DNA of 64,000 nucleotides from Candidatus Marinacidobacterales bacterium (GTDB lineage Bacteria > Acidobacteriota > Vicinamibacteria > Marinacidobacterales > DATDRI01): NCBI GenBank assembly GCA_965226495.1, contig OZ245365.1:5088001-5152000 (forward strand). Reading direction: 5' to 3'. The position numbers and the translations under genes are program-made. Positions 48,443-58,805 of this stretch are shown one piece after another; position 1 is the first letter of the stretch; each line of letters begins with the position of its first letter. Under the pieces are notes generated by a model that was not told the DNA's origin, made no database searches, and saw only the letters and a list, made by a program, of their open reading frames with translations.

Positions 48443-49777
48443 ATGTCAGTTAGAAAACTGGCCGTTTTCGCCAGTTTGAGTGACGACACCCTGCTAGAGC
48501 TTCAGCCTCTGGTGTCGGACCTCGGACTGACGACGGTCTTCGCCGCCGATCACGCAGAGGCTCTGCGTCTCGTGGACACCGACGATCCGGCGTTGGTCGT
48601 CGCGGAAGCAGGCCGAGATGGTATGGATGCTTCCGCGTTTTGCGCGCGCCTGAGGCGGGAGTCGCCGAACCCCGACCTCCCCATCATTCTCATCGGCGCG
48701 GGTGACGGACGCGAGAACCGATTGGCCGCTTTACGAGCGGGAGCCGACGAGTTCTTTGCCAAACCTCTGGATCCAGAAGATACGAGACTGCGCCTCAGCG
48801 CCTTGATGAGACGGGCTCGGCTGCAGTCGGCCGGAAACGGCAGCGTGGCGGTGACCGCCTCGGAGGCCCCACCTGCTGCGGCCTCGAGTTATGACCCTCG
48901 ACCACTTTACAAAGACCTGCAGTCTCTGGTGTCTCGAGTTCTCGAGCAAGTCAAGAACGATCAACCCATCGTCCTAGATCAACTCAGAGAGAAGGCCGCT
49001 CCCCTCGCCGAAGCCGTGCAGAGTTCCGAGAATACCGTCTCTCTGGCCCTCGGAGATCGCGAGGCAACGGATCTTGCTACGCATCATGTGAACGTGGCCA
49101 TCCTCGGGCTTGCGATGGGACAAGAGCTCGAACTGCCGGCGAGAGAGCTCGAAACGCTCGCCCTTCTCGGCTTGGTCCACGACCTAGGGATGGTGAAGGT
49201 CCCCGAGCCCATCCGCTACGCACCCCGGCGACTCACGAGCGAAGAGCTCGGTATTGTTGCCGAGCACCCACGTCATACTCGCGAGCTCTTGAAGGCCGCC
49301 GGGCCGGCGTATCACGAGATCGCCGAGATCGCCCACCAGGAGCACGAACGTGAGCAGGGACAAGGGTACCCCGGAGGGCTCAAGAGAGATCAAATTCATG
49401 AGCTGGCGAAGATTATCGGCGTCGCCGACGTCTACGAAGCATGTACTCATTCCCGCACCTACCGCAAAACGTTCATTCCTTACGAAGCCCTCCAGGAGCT
49501 CATCGAAATGCGGGGCAACCAGTTCCATCCTCGTTACATCAAAGCACTCATGAACGCGCTGACCGTCTACCCGATTGGGAGCTACGTGCAATTGAACACC
49601 GGCGAGATCGGTCGGGTACAGGCAATTAATCGCAAGAACTTGATGCGACCTCGGGTGGAACTCATTTGGAACGCTCAAGGACAACGGTTTGCATCGGCCA
49701 AGGTTGTCGACTTGGTTAAGAGCACGTTTCTTTTCGTGAGCAAGCCGCTCCACGAAGAGCAACTTCCCCAGTCGTAG
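48443..49777 (+). CDS. Atypical receiver + HD-GYP cyclic dinucleotide phosphodiesterase
   Basis: REC-like N-terminus (GADEF..KP); HHVNV, VHDLG, HQEHER..GQGYP, DVYEA. Confidence 0.9.
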   Translation: MSVRKLAVFASLSDDTLLELQPLVSDLGLTTVFAADHAEALRLVDTDDPALVVAEAGRDGMDASAFCARLRRESPNPDLPIILIGAGDGRENRLAALRAGADEFFAKPLDPEDTRLRLSALMRRARLQSAGNGSVAVTASEAPPAAASSYDPRPLYKDLQSLVSRVLEQVKNDQPIVLDQLREKAAPLAEAVQSSENTVSLALGDREATDLATHHVNVAILGLAMGQELELPARELETLALLGLVHDLGMVKVPEPIRYAPRRLTSEELGIVAEHPRHTRELLKAAGPAYHEIAEIAHQEHEREQGQGYPGGLKRDQIHELAKIIGVADVYEACTHSRTYRKTFIPYEALQELIEMRGNQFHPRYIKALMNALTVYPIGSYVQLNTGEIGRVQAINRKNLMRPRVELIWNAQGQRFASAKVVDLVKSTFLFVSKPLHEEQLPQS

Positions 49778-49803
49778 TCATCGTGAGAAGAAGCGAGAAG
49801 ACA

Positions 49804-50790
49804 ATGCCGCTTTCGAAGGAAATTCTCATCGTCTTGTTCGTACTTGGCCAGATTTCGGTTCCGCAGATCGCTCTCGCGTCTCAGCAGGAAGAAAACCAAG
49901 CGTTCACAACCTCCCGCGGCTTCGCCGAGTATCGGATCGGACCCGGGGATGAGCTTCGGATCCGCATCTGGACCGGCGTCGATGCCAAAGAGTACGAAGT
50001 CTTCGTCCAGGACGACGGAAACATCTTCCTCCCCTTTCTGGGACTGGCTAGCCTGAAAGCGGGAGATAAGAGCGCGCTGGAGCTTCGTGACGAGATCGTT
50101 GAACGATTGCGGGAGTCGTACCGGGATCCGGCAGCGGAGGTCATGGTCACCAAGCGCGTGGCTAGGCTGGTTACCGTAATGGGAGAAATCCGTAACGTGA
50201 ACAGGGAGAACACCGGTCCCGGCCGCTACGCACTACCGGGTCGCATTCGACTGGTGGAGTTCGTCACCCAGCACGGTGGCTTCACCGACGAAGCGGATTT
50301 CACTCGCACCAGCCTCGCCCGTGACGGAGAAACCTTCACCTACAATCTTTCCAAAGCGATCTTCGAGAACGACGACTCTCAGAATCCTATCCTGGATGCG
50401 GGTGACCTCGTTTACATCCCCTCTCTCGACATCAACAGTCTAAAGATCCTCATCTTCGGGGAAGTGGACAGACCGGGACTCCTTCAGGTAAGCGAAAATC
50501 TTTCCATTGCAGAGGCCATCGCCCACATGGGAGGCACGACCAAGAGCGCACACCAGAGTGCGATATCGGTGGTGCGAGGAGGCCTGGAGAAACCTATCGT
50601 GATGGTTTCTAATTGGGAAGAGCTCAAGAAGGGCGATCTTTCACAAAACTTCACAGTCCAGAACGGAGACCTGATCTTCGTCGGGCGCAGAAAACTGGCG
50701 ACGTTTTCGGACATCATGCAGGCCTTCGCGCTGCCCTTGTCCGCCATCTACACGACCGTCTTGATCAGCAATGCTGCGAGCACCAACTAA
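49804..50790 (+). CDS. wza: Polysaccharide export protein (Wza/Poly_export plus SLBB domains)
   Basis: Signal peptide, Y.IGPGD.L, DG.I.LP..G, GEV.RPG, GD.I.V. Confidence 0.85.
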   Translation: MPLSKEILIVLFVLGQISVPQIALASQQEENQAFTTSRGFAEYRIGPGDELRIRIWTGVDAKEYEVFVQDDGNIFLPFLGLASLKAGDKSALELRDEIVERLRESYRDPAAEVMVTKRVARLVTVMGEIRNVNRENTGPGRYALPGRIRLVEFVTQHGGFTDEADFTRTSLARDGETFTYNLSKAIFENDDSQNPILDAGDLVYIPSLDINSLKILIFGEVDRPGLLQVSENLSIAEAIAHMGGTTKSAHQSAISVVRGGLEKPIVMVSNWEELKKGDLSQNFTVQNGDLIFVGRRKLATFSDIMQAFALPLSAIYTTVLISNAASTN

Positions 50791-50805
50791 CGCTAGTAGG
50801 TACAG

Positions 50806-53115
50806 ATGATCCAACCCGAACTCAACCTGCGCGATTATCTACGGATCCTTCGCAAGCATCGCTACTACCTGATCGCTCCGACCTTGCTGCTGGGCATCCT
50901 CACCTATTTGTTTACGCCAACTGCGTCCATAACCTACCGGGCCTCGGCGAGCATCAAGATCTCGCAAAGCAGTACCTTGGCCGGCCTCATGCTGCAGGTA
51001 TTTACCTTTTCTTCCGGAGATAACCTGGCCACTCAAACGCAAATCATCACCAGCCTTCCATTGGTCGCACGGCTCGCCCAAAACCTGGGGCGGATACCCG
51101 CCGACACGAGCTTCAAAGAAATTATGCGGCAGCCAAAGATGGTTGCCGAGATCGAAGACCTGCGAGGGATGGTTTCCGCAGAGCAAACCGGAAACACCAG
51201 CATTGTTCAGATTATCGCCGAGGCGAACTCCAGCCAGGAGGCGAAGGACGTGGTTAACGGACTGGCGGACGCCTTTGTAGAGTGGAGCGTGGAGGAGAAG
51301 AACCGACAAGTCATCGAGGCCAAGGACTTCATCGGGCAACAACTCGGCCAGGCGGAGATCCGACTCAAGGAGGCCGACAACGAGGTACAGGCCTTTCAGG
51401 AGCAACATCTGGATGAGCTTTCACTCTCTCCTGACACGATGTCCAGGTTGCAGCAGGAAAGGCAGAACATTCGGCAGCATTCTGCGACTCTCGGGTTGCA
51501 AGTGGAGCAGTTAAGGGCCCGCGGGAGTGAGGGCGCGATTCAGATCGACTGGATCTCGTCCGCCGAGCTCAACAACCCCGTGCTCGAAAAATTCAACACC
51601 GAGCTGATCGAGCTTCAATTTCAAAAGCAACGCCTCCTTGTCTATCAAACCGACGCTTCACCAGAAGTCCGAGTCGTCGAGAACAAGATCCAAACTCTGG
51701 TGTCGAACCTCGTCCGAGAGTACGAGGACACCCTGGAGAATCTCTCCGAGAGGCAAGCCGAGATCGACCAAAAACTGGCGGTCATCCCGGAGAACGATGC
51801 CGCGTTCGCTCGGCTGCGCAGGAATCAGCAAGTGGCCAGCGAAGCCTACACCATGCTGAAATCGAAATACGAGGAAGCATCGATTCGAGAGGCCGAGAAG
51901 ATTCGAGAGGCCGATGTGGTCGAGTACGCCATGAGCTCGGCTCCGCTGGTCGCTTCGGGAAAACTTTCGAAAAGCCTGGTTGGCGCTCTAGTCGGTCTCG
52001 TGCTGGGCTTCATTCTGGCTCTACTCGCAGAGGGATTGGACACTTCCATCGGCACCATCGAGGATGTGGAATCATATCTCCAAGTCCCGGTCCTGGGGGT
52101 CATTCCGCACATCGATCGCGACCACGTTGCGGGGCTGGTCAAGTTGTCCAGCCCTCAATTGGCGCACGAGTCGTTGGCGTCTTACTCTACGCTGGTCGCC
52201 CAGTTCGACCCAAAATCGCCTGCCGCGGAGTCCTACCGATCCCTCAGAACGAATCTCGAGTTTACGAAATTGAGCAGTCCGGCCCGGACCTTCCTGGTCA
52301 CCAGCTCTACGTTAGAGGAGGGCAAGTCGACGACCGTCGCCAACCTGGGTCTCACGCTCGCTCAGAGTGGTAAGCGGACCCTCGTTGTGGGGAGCGATCT
52401 GAGGAGACCCTCGATCTACAGCTACTTCGGCCTCTCGAGGGAGCCTGGACTCACTGAAATTCTTTTAGGCACCGTTCGGTGGCAAGAGGCGCTTCGATCC
52501 ATCGCCGATGTCTTCGTCGGAAAGTTGGACATGGACACCTTGGTTCAGACGCCTGGGTTGGAGAACCTATCCTTCATTACCAGTGGCGCGCTGCCTCCCA
52601 ATCCGGCGGAGCTGCTTGGATCTTCTCCGATGCGCCAGTTCATCGATGAGGTCTCGCGAGAGTTCGATATCGTGATCTTCGACAGCCCGCCCTCGCTTCC
52701 GGTCACCGACGCTGCCATCCTTGCCTCGCAAGTGGACGGAGTGGTCTTGATTTACCAGATGGGGCGGGCGGGCCGAAGCTTGCTAAAACGAGCGAAGAGC
52801 CATATGGAGGCGGTTCAGGCGAATATTCGCGGTGTCGTACTCAACGACATCAAGGCCGAAGTTAGCGAGTTCTCACCGGCAGAATACTACTATCAGTACT
52901 ACACGTCTTCCGGACAAAAGAGTAACGGCGAGCCGCAGAGTCTCTTGCAGCGAACTCTACAACAAGTTCTCGGTCGAACCACGAGGACCTCGCCGCGTCG
53001 CCACACCTCGAGCGATTCCAGTCATCGGGCTGGACTAATCGGCGGTAAGACCGAGTACGAGGACGTCCTCCGGGTAACCGAAGAAACGCGGACCGACGAC
53101 ACACAAGGGGAGTGA
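50806..53115 (+). CDS. wzc: Polysaccharide co-polymerase/BY-kinase Wzc
   Basis: Two TM helices flanking coiled coil, AESYRSLRTN, EEGKST, DLRRP, FDSPP, C-terminal Tyr cluster EYYYQYY. Confidence 0.93.
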   Translation: MIQPELNLRDYLRILRKHRYYLIAPTLLLGILTYLFTPTASITYRASASIKISQSSTLAGLMLQVFTFSSGDNLATQTQIITSLPLVARLAQNLGRIPADTSFKEIMRQPKMVAEIEDLRGMVSAEQTGNTSIVQIIAEANSSQEAKDVVNGLADAFVEWSVEEKNRQVIEAKDFIGQQLGQAEIRLKEADNEVQAFQEQHLDELSLSPDTMSRLQQERQNIRQHSATLGLQVEQLRARGSEGAIQIDWISSAELNNPVLEKFNTELIELQFQKQRLLVYQTDASPEVRVVENKIQTLVSNLVREYEDTLENLSERQAEIDQKLAVIPENDAAFARLRRNQQVASEAYTMLKSKYEEASIREAEKIREADVVEYAMSSAPLVASGKLSKSLVGALVGLVLGFILALLAEGLDTSIGTIEDVESYLQVPVLGVIPHIDRDHVAGLVKLSSPQLAHESLASYSTLVAQFDPKSPAAESYRSLRTNLEFTKLSSPARTFLVTSSTLEEGKSTTVANLGLTLAQSGKRTLVVGSDLRRPSIYSYFGLSREPGLTEILLGTVRWQEALRSIADVFVGKLDMDTLVQTPGLENLSFITSGALPPNPAELLGSSPMRQFIDEVSREFDIVIFDSPPSLPVTDAAILASQVDGVVLIYQMGRAGRSLLKRAKSHMEAVQANIRGVVLNDIKAEVSEFSPAEYYYQYYTSSGQKSNGEPQSLLQRTLQQVLGRTTRTSPRRHTSSDSSHRAGLIGGKTEYEDVLRVTEETRTDDTQGE

Positions 53116-54191
53116 CGATGGGTTGGTTCGGTAAGAGAACTGAAGATACGGCCGATCGGCCTCAGGAGCTCCACCCGCGGGTCAAGGGGTTAGCCGATCG
53201 ACTCGAGGAGAGTCTGCCCAGCAATGACTTCCCTGGCGAGATGGCCCAACTCGATCGTCATGTGATTGCCGTGGGGAGCGGTAAAGGTGGGGTCGGTAAG
53301 ACGCTCGTATCTTCTAGTCTGGCGCTCAGACTAGCCGAGCTGGGGACACGCCCGGTCGTCGCGGTGGACGTGGATCTGGGCGGTGCGAACCTCCACACTG
53401 GCCTCGGCATCAAGAGACCCTCCTTCGGTCTCAACCGGTTCATTCTCGACCAGGTTCCGCTGAAGGCCCTTTCCCAAGAAAGCGGCATCGACGGGCTGGA
53501 GTTCGTCGGTGGCGCTTCGGACATTGTCGGCCTCGCCGAGTTCTCGGAGCGAGATCGAGCACGTTTCCTCGAGGAGCTGGAAGGCTTTCGCGAGGAAACG
53601 TTGATCCTCGATCTAGGGGCAGGCTCCTCTTTGTTCAACCTCGATCTGTTCTGCACCGCCGACCAAGGGGTCTTGGTGACGACTACCGAGCCGACCGCTG
53701 TTCAGAACGCCTACGGCTTCTTGAAGGCGGCCATCTATCGCCGACTGCGTTTACGTTTCGAAGGCGAAGAAGCGCTCCTCGACATGCTCGACGACGCCAT
53801 GAACCACCGCGGCGGCGAAGAAAACAATTCCGTGCCGGCTTTGTTGCAGCGGGTGTCTCGATACAACCGCTCTGCTGCCTCACGCATCGAGGAAATCGTC
53901 ACTGGGCTCAAGATCGGAGTGGTCGTCAACATGGCCACGGCCTCTGAGGCCGCTGCCATCGCCGAGAAACTTGCTCACGTCGTGCTTCAGCACTTGAGAG
54001 CAAGGTTGGACTTGCTCGGCAACGTCGACTACGACAAATCGGTACCTCGCAGCGTCCGGGAGTGGCGGCCTTTCGTCGTTCACTTCCCGAGAACTCGAGC
54101 CGCTCGGAAACTCGAGGGTGTGGCCACGCGGGTCGCGAACCGCCTGGATCGCGAGTCAGGGGAGAACTGGCGACCGCAAGTAGGAACTTGA
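53112..54191 (+). CDS. MinD/FleN(FlhG)-like P-loop ATPase
   Basis: Deviant Walker A GSGKGGVGKT, DVDLGGANLH, DLGAGS, TEPTA.QNAY.FLK. Confidence 0.88.
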   Translation: MTMGWFGKRTEDTADRPQELHPRVKGLADRLEESLPSNDFPGEMAQLDRHVIAVGSGKGGVGKTLVSSSLALRLAELGTRPVVAVDVDLGGANLHTGLGIKRPSFGLNRFILDQVPLKALSQESGIDGLEFVGGASDIVGLAEFSERDRARFLEELEGFREETLILDLGAGSSLFNLDLFCTADQGVLVTTTEPTAVQNAYGFLKAAIYRRLRLRFEGEEALLDMLDDAMNHRGGEENNSVPALLQRVSRYNRSAASRIEEIVTGLKIGVVVNMATASEAAAIAEKLAHVVLQHLRARLDLLGNVDYDKSVPRSVREWRPFVVHFPRTRAARKLEGVATRVANRLDRESGENWRPQVGT

Positions 54192-54228
54192 ACTAAGAAA
54201 CCCGCGCTTCGCCTACTCCGACAAAGAA

Positions 54229-55587
54229 ATGACTACCGCCTCGGAACGGGCCCCGCTCACACCAATGCTTTTGGCGTTCTCTGCGATCCTGGTTCCTCTC
54301 TTGGCCGCATTCGTCGTCGCCCGCGTTCCCGTCTCGAGCACCACGCTCATAGCTGGAGTGCTGTTGCTGACGCTTGTCGGTCTACTGCATGTACGTCTGA
54401 CGGTTTACCTCATCATCTTCAGCATGCTGTTGTCGCCCGAGCTGGGGCTCGGCGCCACCGCGGGCGACCGGGCGGTGACCATCCGTTTCGAGGACTTTCT
54501 TCTCATTCTCGTCGCCGCCGCGTGGCTGGCTCGCTCCGCATATCAAAAAGACCTCGGCTTGATCCGCTCTAGTCCATTGAATTGGCCGATCGCCGCATAC
54601 ACCGCCGCGGCTATCTTGGCCACCCTAGTGAGCGGTTGGTTGGATGAGATCGACTGGTTGCGGGCACTGCTCTTCCTCGCCAAGTACGTTGAATACTTCG
54701 TTCTCTATTTCTTGGTATTGAATACGGTCAGAAATAGGACCGATATCCGAAACTACCTCATCGCCGCCTTCGTTACGTGCGTGATTGTGTCCATCGTAGG
54801 GATCGCACAGATACCCACCGGCCAGCGCGTGTCAGCGCCGTTCGAAGGAGAGATCGGGGAACCGAACACGTTCGGTGGCTACCTCGTCTTCATGCTGGCA
54901 CTAGCATCCGGTTTCTACCTGATGGCCACCTCCCTTCGAGAACGTGCCTTGTGGATCGGCATGGGAGCACTCATCACCCTTCCCTTGCTCTATACGCTCT
55001 CGAGAAGCTCATGGCTCGCCGCGGGCGCGATGGGACTCACGTTGCTCTGGCTCTCTCCGAAAAAGGGCCATTTGCTCGTCGCCGCGACGATAGCGTTAGC
55101 GCTGTCTCCGGTTGTCCTGCCCCACCAGGTGGTTGAACGAATGGCGTATACTCTCGAGCAACCACCGGAGCCAGGACAAATTAGGTTTGGAGAGGCCCGG
55201 CTCGACACTTCCTTGTCGGCGAGGATACGGAGTTGGCAGTTCGGGCTCGATGGCTGGGCGGCGCGTCCTTTGACGGGATACGGAGTAGCCAGCTACGGGT
55301 TCATGGATGCTCAGTACGTGCGAATCCTCGTCGAGACTGGCATCATCGGCCTCGCGGCGTTCGGCTGGCTGATGATCAATATCTTCCGCATGGCGCGCCT
55401 TCGACTACACGAAGCCAAGGACCGATTCGCCGTCGCCCTCAGCCTCGGCTATCTGGCTGGGTTCGTCGCTCTGCTTGTTCACGGAATCGGTGCGAACACC
55501 TTTATCATCGTTCGCATCATGGAACCGTTTTGGCTGGTAACCGCTTTAGTGGTGGCGTTGCCACAGACCGAGCCGGCCAGTGACTGA
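54229..55587 (+). CDS. O-antigen ligase/Wzy_C family polymerase
   Basis: Multiple TM helices, EPN.FGGYL, T.SRSSW, R...W, P..GYG, L.ETGIIG. Confidence 0.88.
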   Translation: MTTASERAPLTPMLLAFSAILVPLLAAFVVARVPVSSTTLIAGVLLLTLVGLLHVRLTVYLIIFSMLLSPELGLGATAGDRAVTIRFEDFLLILVAAAWLARSAYQKDLGLIRSSPLNWPIAAYTAAAILATLVSGWLDEIDWLRALLFLAKYVEYFVLYFLVLNTVRNRTDIRNYLIAAFVTCVIVSIVGIAQIPTGQRVSAPFEGEIGEPNTFGGYLVFMLALASGFYLMATSLRERALWIGMGALITLPLLYTLSRSSWLAAGAMGLTLLWLSPKKGHLLVAATIALALSPVVLPHQVVERMAYTLEQPPEPGQIRFGEARLDTSLSARIRSWQFGLDGWAARPLTGYGVASYGFMDAQYVRILVETGIIGLAAFGWLMINIFRMARLRLHEAKDRFAVALSLGYLAGFVALLVHGIGANTFIIVRIMEPFWLVTALVVALPQTEPASD

Positions 55588-56578
55588 ATCGGAATCCCCT
55601 TTCGTCTCGGTGCTGATTAGCACCAAGGATCGCCGCGACCTCCTACGCCAGACCCTGGAGTCGCTCTGGCAGCTCGATTACCCGCGAGAAAAGATGGAAG
55701 TCGTAGTGGTTGAGGAAACGAGTCAACCCGAAGACCCAGGAGTCGATCGGTATGTGGTCCTTCCGAGAGAGGGGCGGGGCTTCGCTTGGAGCCGTAACGC
55801 CGCCCTGCGAGTCGCCTCTCATCCTTTGGTGGCGTTCACGGACGACGATTGCATCGTGGACCGACGATGGCTCCGTGAGTTAGCGGCCCCCTTCGAGGAC
55901 CCGGAGATCGGAGCTGTGGCGGGTGCCGTCTTAGCACAACCTTCTGGGCTACTCGGGAAAACGGAGATCGTTCTGGGGTTTCCTGGCGGCGGACTTCGCC
56001 GGATCGCATGGGCCCAAGACCAGATCCGACCGGTGAGTGGCTTATCCACTGTGAACGCCGCCGCACGCCGCAAAATCCTAGAGACCTTAGGCGGTTTTTC
56101 CGAGGCGACGGGAATCTACGGTGGAGAGGATTCCGATCTCTTCGGTCGTTTGACGGAACGTCATCGCGCCGTCTTCAATCCGCGGGCGATGGTTCACCAT
56201 CGGGCTCGCGATTCCGTTGGGGGTATTGCACGCTGGCTCTACCGACGCGGCATCTCGGCGATCTCTCTGGTTCGCCTCTCTCGCACGCATCGGCTTCGCG
56301 CTGTTCTTGGCGAGCTCCGGAGCTCCGTTCTACTACGTCTGGGATTCGTGACCGCCTTGCTCTACGTCCTCGGTCGACCGATTGCAATGTCTCTCTTAGT
56401 CCTTGCTGTCGTTTACTACGCGCTGATGATCGTCCGCTACCGCTTCGCGTGGCGACCCATGGGCTTGTCGGTCCTTCTCCTTACACCGTTGACCAAGGTC
56501 TTAATGGATGCGGCGTTCGACGTCGGCCGTCTGAAGGGACTGCTGCTCTGGTTCAGCGGGAGCTTTCAAAACGCATGA
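55580..56578 (+). CDS. Glycosyltransferase family 2
   Basis: VSVLI, SRN, FTDDD, GGED. Confidence 0.9.
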   Translation: MTESESPFVSVLISTKDRRDLLRQTLESLWQLDYPREKMEVVVVEETSQPEDPGVDRYVVLPREGRGFAWSRNAALRVASHPLVAFTDDDCIVDRRWLRELAAPFEDPEIGAVAGAVLAQPSGLLGKTEIVLGFPGGGLRRIAWAQDQIRPVSGLSTVNAAARRKILETLGGFSEATGIYGGEDSDLFGRLTERHRAVFNPRAMVHHRARDSVGGIARWLYRRGISAISLVRLSRTHRLRAVLGELRSSVLLRLGFVTALLYVLGRPIAMSLLVLAVVYYALMIVRYRFAWRPMGLSVLLLTPLTKVLMDAAFDVGRLKGLLLWFSGSFQNA

Positions 56579-57708
56579 CTAAACCGCGAGTCCTTCTCGC
56601 CGAAAACGCCGGGAGCTTCGTAGGTGGCGGACAGGTGAGCTTTCTGGGGTTGGTCGACCGACTGAACCGCTCTCGCTTCGAACCTTACGTAGTTTGTCCG
56701 GAAGAGGGGGATTTCCTGGAAGCGGTGCTAGAACGAGGCATCCCCTCGCTCGTTCGCCGCATGCCATCCTTGCGAGGAGTGGGGGGACTGCGCGTTCCGT
56801 CCGCCGTCTATTCGTGGCTAGGCCTCATCGAGAAATATCGCATCAATCTGCTTCACGCCAACGGGACACGCGCCATGATCTATGCGGGACTCGTAGGAAG
56901 GATCGCTTCTATTCCGGTTCTTTGGCACGTGCGGGTTCTGGAAACGGACGGGCTCCTGGATCGGATCCTCGCCCGCCTCTCGACAAGGGTATTGGTTAAC
57001 TCCCACGCCGTGGCTCGCCGGTTCGAGTTCTTGAGTGGGCAATCGACCTCACGCGGACCCACGGTCGTCCCTAACGGGGTGGAGCTGGGAATCTTCGAGC
57101 GAGCAACGCCTGATCCCATTCTTCGCAAGGATTGGAAACTGGACGGAAAGTTCGTATTGCTCGAACTAGCGCAACTCATTTCATGGAAGCGGCAAGAACT
57201 GGCCTTACAGATTCTCGCGCTTCTCAGAGGACGAGGCATGAACGCGAACTTGGTCCTGGTGGGAGATGAAGTTCCCTCCTCGCAGGGAGAGCGAGCACGC
57301 CTGAACGCTCTCTCTAAGCGCTTGGGCGTGGAAAACCACTGTATCTTTGCCGGATTCCGCCGTGATGTTCCCGAAGTGCTCAAGCAAGCAGACGTGCTGA
57401 TTCATCCTGCCCGAGAGGAGCCGTTCGGGCGAGCCCTGATCGAAGCGATGGCCGCCGGCCTTCCGGTGATTGCCGCGGGCGGTGGCGGTGTGGATGAAGT
57501 CGTCGAGGATGGCGTGACGGGTGTGATCGTACGCTCTGCTTCCCCGGGGATATGGGTAGAAGCGATCGAAAAGCTCTATGAAGATCAGCCGCTGCGACAA
57601 CAGATGGGCACGGCGGGACGCAAAAGAGTGAAGGAGCATTTCACCATCGAGGCACACGTAGCCGACGTCGAAAAAATTTACGAGGAGGTTCTATCTTCAT
57701 CCCGATGA
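56575..57708 (+). CDS. Glycosyltransferase family 4
   Basis: GGGQ, VPNGV, WKRQ, EPFGRALIEAMAAG. Confidence 0.92.
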   Translation: MTKPRVLLAENAGSFVGGGQVSFLGLVDRLNRSRFEPYVVCPEEGDFLEAVLERGIPSLVRRMPSLRGVGGLRVPSAVYSWLGLIEKYRINLLHANGTRAMIYAGLVGRIASIPVLWHVRVLETDGLLDRILARLSTRVLVNSHAVARRFEFLSGQSTSRGPTVVPNGVELGIFERATPDPILRKDWKLDGKFVLLELAQLISWKRQELALQILALLRGRGMNANLVLVGDEVPSSQGERARLNALSKRLGVENHCIFAGFRRDVPEVLKQADVLIHPAREEPFGRALIEAMAAGLPVIAAGGGGVDEVVEDGVTGVIVRSASPGIWVEAIEKLYEDQPLRQQMGTAGRKRVKEHFTIEAHVADVEKIYEEVLSSSR

Positions 57709-58805
57709 GAATCGGCGTGGACGTTCGAGAATTGCAGCAGGGGGCTAGGACCGGGATCGGTCGCGTGGTCGAGGCATTCATCACCGAGACGCCGAAGATC
57801 GATCCCGAGGCCAGGCTCTTCCTATACGCGGACAAGACGACACGCCCCGATCTTCACGCCGACAGAGTCGAGGTTCGCACACTCAACCAGCCGGTGACCC
57901 TTTGGTTCGATCAAGTAGCCCTTCCGATGGCCCTTGCCAAGGATCGCGTGGACGTTTTCTTCTCGCCCTACTACAAGGCTCCCGTCGCCGCTCCATGCCC
58001 CTCGGTGGTCACGATCCATGACATTCTCTTCTTGAAGTTCAGCGGCCAACGCATCAAGAACGCGCTCTTCAAGCCCTGGGCTAAATTCATCGCCTCCCGC
58101 GTGGCCCGAATCCTCACCGACTCCGATCATTCGCGCCGCGACCTCGAGAAAACGCTGGGGCTCGATTCTTCCGACATCGAAGTCATCCCACTCGGAGTCT
58201 CACCGAGCTTTTCTCCGTCCGCCCGATCCGGCAGCGAAACGCTCGCCGAGAATCTGGGTTTCTCCAAGAACTACATCCTTACCATCACGAACTTTCTAGC
58301 CCACAAGAACAACGAGTGCCTCGTACGTGCCTTCGCCGAACTGGCTCCTCAGGAGCCGGACCTAACCTTGGTGCTAGCCGGGCGCTCGGCGGCTCCCACG
58401 CGAGACCTAAAGGCTCTCGTGGAACGACTCGGGATAGGGGGACGTGTCTCGATGCCGGGGTTGATCGCCGACGAAGATCTTCCGCTGCTTTATGCGGGGG
58501 CCCGCGTCTTTGCGTTTCCCTCTTTGTACGAGGGTTTCGGGCTTCCGGTCCTCGAAGCCTTCGCCAGCGGAGTCCCGGTGGCCTGTTCTTCGGCCACATC
58601 GCTCCCGGAGGTCGCTGCCGATGCCGCCTTGCTGCTGGACCCCAACGATCACTCGGCCTGGACTGAAGGGCTAGAGCGACTGCTGAGCGACGAGCCATTG
58701 CGGGAACGGCTCATCGAAGCCGGCCTCGCTCGAGCTTGCCAGTTCTCGTGGCGCAATTCGGCGGCGCGAATTCTCGCCGTACTGGAAAAGGTGCGCAAGA
58801 AGTGA
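57705..58805 (+). CDS. Glycosyltransferase family 4 (mannosyl/rhamnosyltransferase-like)
   Basis: TGIGR, VTIHD, HKN, FPSLYEGFGLPVLEA. Confidence 0.92.
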   Translation: MRIGVDVRELQQGARTGIGRVVEAFITETPKIDPEARLFLYADKTTRPDLHADRVEVRTLNQPVTLWFDQVALPMALAKDRVDVFFSPYYKAPVAAPCPSVVTIHDILFLKFSGQRIKNALFKPWAKFIASRVARILTDSDHSRRDLEKTLGLDSSDIEVIPLGVSPSFSPSARSGSETLAENLGFSKNYILTITNFLAHKNNECLVRAFAELAPQEPDLTLVLAGRSAAPTRDLKALVERLGIGGRVSMPGLIADEDLPLLYAGARVFAFPSLYEGFGLPVLEAFASGVPVACSSATSLPEVAADAALLLDPNDHSAWTEGLERLLSDEPLRERLIEAGLARACQFSWRNSAARILAVLEKVRKK

